47,461 nucleotides of DNA from Atopobium sp. (GTDB lineage: Bacteria > Actinomycetota > Coriobacteriia > Coriobacteriales > Atopobiaceae). A program made the translations under genes and the position numbers. The notes below the pieces were generated by a model. It had not been told where the DNA came from. It ran no database searches and saw nothing but the letters and a program-made list of their open reading frames with translations. Shown one piece after another: positions 18,654 to 26,277 of the stretch (position 1 is the first letter of the stretch; each line of letters begins with the position of its first letter). The DNA lies in contig JAGZWL010000001.1 of the NCBI GenBank assembly GCA_018378955.1, positions 1 to 47,461 of the forward strand, written 5' to 3'.

Positions 18654-20159
18654 CTACAACAAAGTATCTGTTACAGAGATATTATTTTGGGCAAGCAGAG
18701 GAAGGTGCAGCGAGAAGGTCGTGCCCTTTCCAAGCTCGGATTCTACCGAGATAGTGCCGTTATGACGGTCCATAATCTCTTTTGTAATTGCCAATCCAAC
18801 GCCAAGACCGCCCGAAGCGCGCTCGCGGCTTTCTTCTGCACGCCAGAATCGCGATAAGGTCTGTGGAATGTCCTCAGGAGCAATTCCCATACCATCATCA
18901 GTCACGGAGATAACCGCATCGGTATCATCAATTGATACGGTTATAACAACATGACCCCCGTCGTCGGTATAGCGAATGGCATTGCTCAGCAAATTGGTCA
19001 GGGCTTCTCGAATCATGTCCGAATCAATATCAACAAAACAATTACCCTCGGGTGTCTTATCCACAAAGGTCAACGTGCGGTTATTCTCCTTAAAGAGTGT
19101 TTCTTGTACCGCAACGAGACTCGCCACCATAGCAACCACATTGACGCTTTCTGGGTTGAACTTTGTCTTTCCGTTCTCAAGCCTTGAGAGGTGGAGCATG
19201 GCGTCTACCAGGCGAGAAAGACGTCTACTCTCAGACACAATGTTTTCCAAGCGCTCTTCATCTGCGGGCAAGATACCGTCTTGGATTGCTTCAACGGTGG
19301 CCATGATAGCCATAAGTGGAGTTCTGAGCTCATGTGCAACATCACTGGTCAGACGGCGTTCAAGCTTAATGTCTCTTTCGAGTGAAGATGCCATGTCGTC
19401 GAAGGTTTCTCCCAGACGCCCCAGTTCATTCTCGCCACGGATACCTGAACGAGCCGCAAGATTGCCGCTTCTGATCTGAACAGCCGTCTCGGTAATACGA
19501 CGTACGGGCTTGGTAAGCGAGCGTGAAGCCAAAATACCAATCAGTCCAGAAAGCGAAATTGCAATGGCTGCAGCAAGACTAATTGCCTGGTAAGAGCCAT
19601 TACGGAACGCAATGTCTCGCTGGGTCAGGAACGGCTCAGAACCAAACGTCCAAATTCTAATGCTGCCCACAGGCTCACCTTGCAGGTTTTGGACAACTGC
19701 ATAAACCACGGCGTCACCCGTCTGAGGGCCAGATAATGCACTATTTCCACCAGGTCGGCGAGCATTTGGTGCCGAGTCGTCATACAGAACCACGCCAGAA
19801 ACATCTAAGACCTGGATACCAATATCGGAATTAGTTGCAGAGGCCTGACGTGCAATAGAGAGAACGTCGGCATTCCAGCCGTCTGCGCGCGCGTACGCCT
19901 GAGACATATTGAGCGCGGTAGTATCAACGGTGTTTTGTAGGTTCTCCCTGGTATAAGTAGTAAAACGGTTTTCCCACACAATGCCCAAAACAGAAATGAG
20001 CACCAATACCGTCATGACGGCAGTCAGCGCAAAGAACGCCGCCATACGGGTGGTAAAGCTTTGAGTGCCAACGGGATCGGGCTTAATAGTTTTATAAGAA
20101 CCCTCAGTTTCCGGAGGGTTCTTAAGAGAATTTGAGTGATGTTTCTTGAAGAGCGCCAA
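18654..20159 (-). CDS. Membrane sensor histidine kinase (HAMP-HisKA-HATPase)
   Basis: Two TMs, HAMP, AHELRTPL, NLLSNAIRY, DDGMGI, GGLGVGLAI, GKGTTF. Confidence 0.93.
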   Translation of the reverse strand: MALFKKHHSNSLKNPPETEGSYKTIKPDPVGTQSFTTRMAAFFALTAVMTVLVLISVLGIVWENRFTTYTRENLQNTVDTTALNMSQAYARADGWNADVLSIARQASATNSDIGIQVLDVSGVVLYDDSAPNARRPGGNSALSGPQTGDAVVYAVVQNLQGEPVGSIRIWTFGSEPFLTQRDIAFRNGSYQAISLAAAIAISLSGLIGILASRSLTKPVRRITETAVQIRSGNLAARSGIRGENELGRLGETFDDMASSLERDIKLERRLTSDVAHELRTPLMAIMATVEAIQDGILPADEERLENIVSESRRLSRLVDAMLHLSRLENGKTKFNPESVNVVAMVASLVAVQETLFKENNRTLTFVDKTPEGNCFVDIDSDMIREALTNLLSNAIRYTDDGGHVVITVSIDDTDAVISVTDDGMGIAPEDIPQTLSRFWRAEESRERASGGLGVGLAITKEIMDRHNGTISVESELGKGTTFSLHLPLLAQNNISVTDTLL

Positions 20160-20170
20160 AGCTCTAAAGC

Positions 20171-20884
20171 TTAGGACTCGTGGCTAGCGTTGCCAGCCTC
20201 AAAGCGATAGCCAACACCGTGAACAGTGAACAGCCAGCGAGGATTACGAGGATCATCGCCGAGCTTTGCGCGCAAGTTCTTGACATGCGAATCAATAGTG
20301 CGCTCATAGCCCTCAAAATCATAACCCAGGACCTTCTCGACAAGCTCCATACGTGTGTACACGCGGCCAGGATAGCGAGCAAGGGTGGTGAGCAGCTTAA
20401 ACTCTGAAGCGGTCAGGTCGACTTCCTCGTTGTTGATGAGAATCTTATGACCAGAAATATCAATAGTAAGGGTGCCGTAATCAAGCACGTCAACAGCAGT
20501 ATCTGGCTCAGAATACGTACGACGGAACAGCGCGCGAACGCGTGCCACCAGCTCACGTGGCGAGAAAGGCTTAACAAGATAGTCGTCAGCACCAAGCTCA
20601 AGACCAATAATTCTGTCTTCTACCTCACCTTTTGCGGTAAGCATGATGATAGGCACGTTAGAGGTATCTCTAATTGCACGGCAAACGCGCTCTCCAGAAA
20701 GCTTTGGGAGCATAAGATCGAGAATCACCAGGTCAAATGCATGCTTTTCAAACTCTTCAACTGCACTTTGACCGTCGCCAACGCCCTTAACAACGTAATT
20801 TTCGCGCTCAAGATATGCTGAGACGGCGTCACGGATGACTTTCTCATCTTCGACAATCAGAATTTTCTTCTCGTCGGAAGCCAT
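20171..20884 (-). CDS. OmpR/PhoB-family response regulator
   Basis: ILIVEDE, LDLMLP, MLTAK, GADDYLVKPF, RTIDSHVKNLRAK, VHGVGYRF; ATG 20884 after GGGGAG. Confidence 0.95.
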   Translation of the reverse strand: MASDEKKILIVEDEKVIRDAVSAYLERENYVVKGVGDGQSAVEEFEKHAFDLVILDLMLPKLSGERVCRAIRDTSNVPIIMLTAKGEVEDRIIGLELGADDYLVKPFSPRELVARVRALFRRTYSEPDTAVDVLDYGTLTIDISGHKILINNEEVDLTASEFKLLTTLARYPGRVYTRMELVEKVLGYDFEGYERTIDSHVKNLRAKLGDDPRNPRWLFTVHGVGYRFEAGNASHES

Positions 20885-20984
20885 TGTCTCCCCTTTTCTT
20901 TTGCCCTGCATGTATGTGCGTATGGCACATTACGATTATTCATTAATTATTTGTATTCATTCTATCTCTATACCTACAAATAAT

Positions 20985-22196
20985 CTACAAAGAAAAAACA
21001 CGAACTGTCACGGAAGCCGGATATCCGCTGGTAGGATCCTTAACAGTTGAGTAGGTTACAAAAGAATCACAGTTGCCTTCTCGAGCAGGAAACTCTCCGT
21101 AATCAACGCTTCTATCCATTGAATAGAGCCAGTTTGCCGTTTGATTTTGTGTATCAACAAGCACGTAAGAGGCGCGGCTCTTAACTATGTAAAGACTACC
21201 TTTACCTGCTGATATTGCATAAGGTTCACGCTCTATGACGTAAGGGTTTTCGCCTGAAGCAGGCAGGATATATGTTCCCATCTTGCCCAACAGACCGCCC
21301 GAGTCATAACTTGCTTCAACCGACACAATAAACTTATCGTCTACGCGACTTGCTGCAAAAGGTTTGACAGATTGAGGCATAACAAGCTGGTCAACCTTGG
21401 TTTTAAGGTTATCCCCCAGCAGGTATGCTGTAACGCCATAGAAAGTACCTTCGGAGGCGCGAACTCGAGGAGTAAGGGTAACTACACCCTTTGAGACAGA
21501 CGGTGCAGTAGCAAATCTACCTGGAGATTCAACGGCATCCGTTCCCTCAGAATCCCCCACACGCCACACGTAGCAGTGCGAAGATTCACGGGTTTTCTCG
21601 CCAGAAGAAGCTGGTTGGACTAGCCAAACCACCTTATCGTCTCCACAGGCGAACGGAGCCGGATCCCAGTTTTTATCGGCCTTGTAGAGGACCTTTGCAT
21701 CTCCAGTAAGCTTGCCGTCAGAAAATGGTGCGGCAAGAAGCTCCCAGTCAAAGGTTGTGGTGTCCACCTCAACCCATGCATAAACGGAGTCGGAGCAGCG
21801 AACGTCGTAAATTACGGCGGTGGTATTGTTCATCTGAGCCGCAGGAACAACGTCAACAACCTGGCCAGACGTCAGCGAAAGAGCAGAGCCCTTTACCATT
21901 GGCGTAGCAGATGCGCCGGCCGTGGTGACGGGAATCCAATTTCCATCGGCTGGATGCAACACGCTTCCCAAAGGAAGACTCCAGGTCTGGCTAGGTTGGG
22001 CAGAATACTCCGCTGAGCTATAGGAGTCCAGCACATTTGTGCCAGAGGACTCGTCAAGTACCAGCGGTTTTCCTGCATCTCCCGAGCCTTCTTGATGAGA
22101 GCAGCCAGCCGCAATGCTAATTGCGCCTGCAACTACGACACCAGCCGCTCCCGTCTTAAAGAAATTTCGACGAGAAATGTTCCCAAACAGTGACAC
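20985..22196 (-). CDS. Tat-exported lipoprotein of unknown function
   Basis: Twin-arginine SRRNFFK, hydrophobic stretch and lipobox AAG-C; beta-rich mature region. Confidence 0.82.
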   Translation of the reverse strand: MSLFGNISRRNFFKTGAAGVVVAGAISIAAGCSHQEGSGDAGKPLVLDESSGTNVLDSYSSAEYSAQPSQTWSLPLGSVLHPADGNWIPVTTAGASATPMVKGSALSLTSGQVVDVVPAAQMNNTTAVIYDVRCSDSVYAWVEVDTTTFDWELLAAPFSDGKLTGDAKVLYKADKNWDPAPFACGDDKVVWLVQPASSGEKTRESSHCYVWRVGDSEGTDAVESPGRFATAPSVSKGVVTLTPRVRASEGTFYGVTAYLLGDNLKTKVDQLVMPQSVKPFAASRVDDKFIVSVEASYDSGGLLGKMGTYILPASGENPYVIEREPYAISAGKGSLYIVKSRASYVLVDTQNQTANWLYSMDRSVDYGEFPAREGNCDSFVTYSTVKDPTSGYPASVTVRVFSL

Positions 22197-22199
22197 GAT

Positions 22200-23546
22200 T
22201 TAGTCCAATTCAAGATGCTCAAGACGGTCAAACAAAACGTTTGAACGGGTAAGGAATGCGCGAGGATCAAAGATTTTCTCAAGCTCCTCATGGCTTAGCG
22301 TACAGGCTGGATCTGCCTCAAGAAGCTCCTGGTAGGATGGTCCTTCCTTGCACTGCTGAATATCTGCCCAAACCTTCATAGCGTTGGACTGAACAATCTT
22401 GTATGCCTCTTCGCGAGTAATACCAGTGTTAACCAGGGCAAGAAGAACCTTTGACGAGAAAAGCATGCCACGGGTCTTATTGAGGTTGGCCATCATCTGC
22501 TCTGGATACAGGACCATGCCATCAAGCAGGAACTCAAGCTTTGACAGCATGTGGTCAAGAGCAATAAAGCTGTCTGCCTGGGCAACGCGCTCAGCGGAAG
22601 AGTGGCTGATATCGCGCTCGTGCCAAAGAGCAACGTTATCAAAAGCAACCTGTGCGTTTGCCTTAACTACGCGGGACAAACCACAGATCTTCTCGGCAGT
22701 AATGGGGTTGCGCTTGTGAGGCATAGCGGAAGAGCCCTTCTGGCCCTTGCGGAATGGCTCCTCAGCCTCGAGGGTATCGGTCTTCTGCAGCGCACGCATC
22801 TCAGTTGCAATACGCTCGCAGGTAGCAGCAACGGTTGCCAGAACGCCAGCAAGGTACGCGTGGTGGTCGCGAGAAATTACCTGGGTTGAAAGTGGATCGT
22901 GGACAAGACCGAGTTTCTCGCAAACATACTCCTCTACAAAAGGATCAATGGAAGAGTAAGTTCCAACAGCACCAGAAATAGCACCATAGGCAACGTTTTT
23001 ACGAGCATCCTTCAAGCGGTCAAGGTCGCGCTTAAACTCCCAAGCCCAGCTACCAAATTTCATGCCAAAGGTCATAGGCTCAGCATGAATGCCATGAGTA
23101 CGACCAACGCACAGAGTATCGCGCTCCTCAAATGCGCGACGCTTGCAGATAGCAGCGCAGCGACGAACCGCAGCAATAAGCAGGTCACATGCCTGGGTGA
23201 GCTGATAGCAAAGGGCGGTATCGCCCAGGTCCGTTGAGGTCATACCGTAGTGAACCCAGCGGCTTGGCTTGAGCTCACCCTCTGGAACCTTAGCATCGAT
23301 GTAGGAGCCCATATTGGTCAGAAAGGCAATGACGTCGTGGTTGGTAACGGCCTCAATCTCGTCTACCTCAGCGCGATTAAACGCAGCGTGCTCGCGAATC
23401 CAAGCTGCCTCTTCGCGAGAAATGCCAATAACACCAAGCTCAGCCTGTGCTTCGCACGCAAGGACTTCAATCTCCTGCCAAACGGCGTACTTGTTCTCCA
23501 AAGAAAAGATGTGGCCCATTTCTTTGCCGGTGTAGCGATCTACCAC
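22200..23546 (-). CDS. purB: Adenylosuccinate lyase
   Basis: MVDRY, HDVIAF, HYGMTSTD, GRTHGIHAEP, GSSAMPHKRNP, WHERDISHSS. Confidence 0.97.
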   Translation of the reverse strand: MVDRYTGKEMGHIFSLENKYAVWQEIEVLACEAQAELGVIGISREEAAWIREHAAFNRAEVDEIEAVTNHDVIAFLTNMGSYIDAKVPEGELKPSRWVHYGMTSTDLGDTALCYQLTQACDLLIAAVRRCAAICKRRAFEERDTLCVGRTHGIHAEPMTFGMKFGSWAWEFKRDLDRLKDARKNVAYGAISGAVGTYSSIDPFVEEYVCEKLGLVHDPLSTQVISRDHHAYLAGVLATVAATCERIATEMRALQKTDTLEAEEPFRKGQKGSSAMPHKRNPITAEKICGLSRVVKANAQVAFDNVALWHERDISHSSAERVAQADSFIALDHMLSKLEFLLDGMVLYPEQMMANLNKTRGMLFSSKVLLALVNTGITREEAYKIVQSNAMKVWADIQQCKEGPSYQELLEADPACTLSHEELEKIFDPRAFLTRSNVLFDRLEHLELD

Positions 23547-23573
23547 GATGAGACTCCTTCTGCTCGTAAAAGA

Positions 23574-23606
23574 AAAGGTCGAGTACCACTATGGTACCCG
23601 ACCTTT
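23574..23606 (-). terminator. Terminator after tRNA-Lys
   Basis: AAAGGTCGAGTACCA-CTA-TGGTACCCGACCTTT hairpin with a U run on the minus strand. Confidence 0.75.
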
Positions 23607-23614
23607 GAATTACC

Positions 23615-23690
23615 TGGTGGGCCGTTAGGGGTTCGAACCCTAGACCTTGGGATTAAAAGTCCCCTGCTCTACCAACTGAGCTAACGGCCC
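23615..23690 (-). tRNA. tRNA-Lys(TTT)
   Basis: Reverse complement GGGCCGTTAGCTCAGTTGGTAGAGCAGGGGACTTTTAATCCC...GTTCGAACC...ACGGCCCACCA. Confidence 0.97.
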
Positions 23691-23738
23691 ATTATCGGGC
23701 GTGGCAATTTTACCACGCAACTAGGATAGTGTAGCAGT

Positions 23739-25016
23739 TTACTCCCATGCCCATTGGCCATTTACGAAAATTGGTGTTTCTTTTCCATCGGCAGAAATTC
23801 CCCAAATGTTCAAATCGTCTGCACCAATCATAAAATCAACGTGTGTAGTGCTCTGATTAACACCGTTGGCCAAAAGCTCTTCTGGACTCATCTCAAGGCC
23901 GCCCTTCAGGCACTCTGGGAAGCCCATTCCAAGCGCTAAATGGCAGCTAGCATTCTCGTCATACAGGGTATCGTAGAACAGAATGCCGCTCTGGCGAATA
24001 GGCGTGTTCTTGGAGATAAGCGCACATTCTCCCAGGTACTTGCCGCCCTTTTGAGAAACAATAGAAGTCAGAACGTCTTTGCCCTGCTCAGCGCCGTAGT
24101 CAACAACCTCGCCGTCTTTGAAGGTAAACCAGAAGTTTTTAACAATCTGGCCGGCATGAATCAGAGGCAACGCAGAGTGAACAGTGCCGTTTACCTTGCG
24201 ATAGTTTGGCGTGGTAAAGACTTCCTCAGTAGGAATGTTAGGGAAGAACAACGTTCCATCCTGAGTCTTTCCAGCGCCGCCCTCCCAAAGATGCCCTGGG
24301 TTCATACCAATAGTCAGATCAGTTCCATTTGAAGATTCATAGCGAAGCTCTTCAAACTGGTGAGAATTCATGAAGCGCTTGGTCTTCTCAAATGTTGCAT
24401 TGTGGGTCTCCCAAGCACTCTGAGGATCTTCTCCACTTGCATGAGCAACGTCCAAAATTGCAATCCAAAGCCTGTAGGTTGCCTCAGCCTCAGAAAGCTC
24501 TGGGAAAATTACCTTTGCCCATTCAGCTGCAGGAACACCAGCAATACACCAAACGTTTTTTCCAAAGTCCATGCCGTTTCTAAAGACGTCGCACTCTAGG
24601 TTTCTTGCGCGAGAAACAGCAGCTGGCTTTTCTGGATCAATTCCCTTTAGACCATTTGGATCATCAGACGAGAGGAACAAAAATGCTGCACCCTGCTCTG
24701 CAAGGGAGTTAAGCTGCTCAATCTTCCAGCTTGGTGTCTTAGAGAGACGCGCTAGGTCAACGTTTTCGTACATAATTCTTGAGGATTCTTGATCGCCCCA
24801 AATAACTGTGACAAATTCTGCGCCAGCCGCATAAGCTGCTCGCTGAGCCCTACGGGCAAAATCAGCAATCTCAATTGAAGCGTTAATTACCAGCTGACTT
24901 CCCTCAGAAATTGCGCATCCCTTCTTAACAAGAAGCTCTGCGTATTTATCAATCTGATCAGACAGCGCATCAAGGGCAATCTTTACCTCTTGATCTGTCA
25001 TAGGAATTTGTGCCAT
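23739..25016 (-). CDS. M29 (AmpS/PepS, thermophilic metalloprotease family) aminopeptidase
   Basis: NIPTEEVFTTP, LGECAL, LYDENASCHLALG, NQSTTHVDFMIG; ATG 25016 after GAAGGGA. Confidence 0.93.
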   Translation of the reverse strand: MAQIPMTDQEVKIALDALSDQIDKYAELLVKKGCAISEGSQLVINASIEIADFARRAQRAAYAAGAEFVTVIWGDQESSRIMYENVDLARLSKTPSWKIEQLNSLAEQGAAFLFLSSDDPNGLKGIDPEKPAAVSRARNLECDVFRNGMDFGKNVWCIAGVPAAEWAKVIFPELSEAEATYRLWIAILDVAHASGEDPQSAWETHNATFEKTKRFMNSHQFEELRYESSNGTDLTIGMNPGHLWEGGAGKTQDGTLFFPNIPTEEVFTTPNYRKVNGTVHSALPLIHAGQIVKNFWFTFKDGEVVDYGAEQGKDVLTSIVSQKGGKYLGECALISKNTPIRQSGILFYDTLYDENASCHLALGMGFPECLKGGLEMSPEELLANGVNQSTTHVDFMIGADDLNIWGISADGKETPIFVNGQWAWE

Positions 25017-25150
25017 GTTGTTCCCTTCAACCATCAGTCCGCGTAATTCGAGTAATTAAGCACGCTCTATCAAAGATATATCCAAAATATTTCCGCTCAA
25101 CTTCTACCCGAACAACCTTCTTCACAACGCCAAATTTCAATCTTGTCCAT

Positions 25151-25173
25151 AAAAAGAGCCCCGAAGGGCTCTT
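25151..25173 (-). terminator. Terminator after tRNA-Gly
   Basis: AAAAAGAGCCC-CGAA-GGGCTCTT. Confidence 0.85.
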
Positions 25174-25182
25174 GTATGTCTT

Positions 25183-25257
25183 TGGAGCGGGCAACGGGAT
25201 TCGAACCCGCGGATGATGGCTTGGGAAGCCATTGCCTTACCACTTGGCGATACCCGC
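25183..25257 (-). tRNA. tRNA-Gly(CCC)
   Basis: Reverse complement GCGGGTATCGCCAAGTGGTAAGGCA-ATGGC-TTCCCAA-GCCAT...GTTCGAATC...GCCCGCTCCA. Confidence 0.95.
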
Positions 25258-25439
25258 AATTGTGTAGATTTTATCACAGTATTTTTTGCCTTTTGATTGC
25301 TTGCTTAGCAACTAGATAAAAGTTTGATGAGTTGCTTTCTGCCTAGCTGCGCATATACAACAAATATGCGCCTACACAAATTTTCTCCGTCAGAAACTGG
25401 ACAGGCGCTGGTCAGAATAGGCACAAAGTCACTCTTTAG

Positions 25440-25675
25440 CATGCTCTCCAACGAAAGGAGCGCTATGCAAAAGTACTTCTGGCGAGAGACCCCCGCACAC
25501 CACTATCCCACCTCTTATAGGCGCCTGCTCTCCACCCGACAACTCCGCCTTCCTCGGGCAAAGCTGCTTGGCGGAGACCCCGTCATGCCAAGCAGCTTCC
25601 CTTCTGTAGGACATGCGGGTCTGCGGGCACGTCTAGCAGACAGGTTTTCTCGCAAACCTGAGGCTCCCCCATAAA
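25440..25675. ncRNA. Candidate structured non-coding RNA (family not recognised)
   Basis: GC-rich intergenic block with several stems, e.g. AAGCTGCTTGGC/GCCAAGCAGCTT (25561-25598) and CAGGTTT/AAACCTG (25641-25660). Confidence 0.35.
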
Positions 25676-25702
25676 GAAAAAGACCGGTGAAGCACCGGTC
25701 TT
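25676..25702 (-). terminator. Terminator of the Fur-family gene
   Basis: AAGACCGGTG-AAG-CACCGGTCTT with an A run on the left (U run on the minus strand). Confidence 0.8.
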
Positions 25703-25728
25703 AAAGAAAGCTGTTTTGTTGCAACATA

Positions 25729-26130
25729 TTAGTTAACGCTATGATGGAGCGCTGGGTTCTTAGCTAGGCACTCGTTACAAATACCCGTAAAGCACAGAGC
25801 GTAAGAGTCAACCTCGCCGCAAGAATCCTTGGTGAGGCTGGTAAGGTCCCTCAGAACTGGTCCGTCAACATCAAAGACACGGCCACACTCATGACACTGG
25901 AAGTGTGCATGCTCGGTTGTTGTCGGATCAAAACGAGAGATATTATCGCCGGTATTAACAACCTGGAGCTCGCCTGCGTCAACAAGCTGCATAAGGTTAC
26001 GGTAAACAGTTCCAAGAGAGATGTTTGGTAACTCCTCTCTTACTGCTGCATACACACTATCTGCTGTTGGATGGTCATGGCGACCTTCCATATAAGTACG
26101 AATTGCCTCACGTTGCTTGCTGTACCGCAC
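25729..26130 (-). CDS. Fur-family transcriptional regulator (PerR-like)
   Basis: YSKQREAI, HPTA, ISLGTVYRNL, HAHFQCHECG, CNEC; GTG start after GAGG. Confidence 0.93.
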   Translation of the reverse strand: MRYSKQREAIRTYMEGRHDHPTADSVYAAVREELPNISLGTVYRNLMQLVDAGELQVVNTGDNISRFDPTTTEHAHFQCHECGRVFDVDGPVLRDLTSLTKDSCGEVDSYALCFTGICNECLAKNPALHHSVN

Positions 26131-26141
26131 GATAACCTCAT

Positions 26142-26164
26142 TAATTAGTAAGTGTTACTGATTA
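26142..26164. promoter_or_regulatory. AT-rich inverted repeat, candidate Fur/PerR operator
   Basis: TAATTAGTAA-GTG-TTACTGATTA (one mismatch), immediately upstream of the fur-like RBS. Confidence 0.45.
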
Positions 26165-26277
26165 CTGAATACGTTAACACTAATTGTCTATATGTTGCAA
26201 CAAAAGCTCACGTTTATGCATTACCAATTATCTCTATATACGCAATCTACCTCTGATTTTTCAGTTTGGAGGCACGC

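Noticed and set aside
19057..19065. Perfect canonical DnaA box TTATCCACA
   Set aside because: A single copy inside the histidine kinase CDS, far from oriC; compatible with chance.
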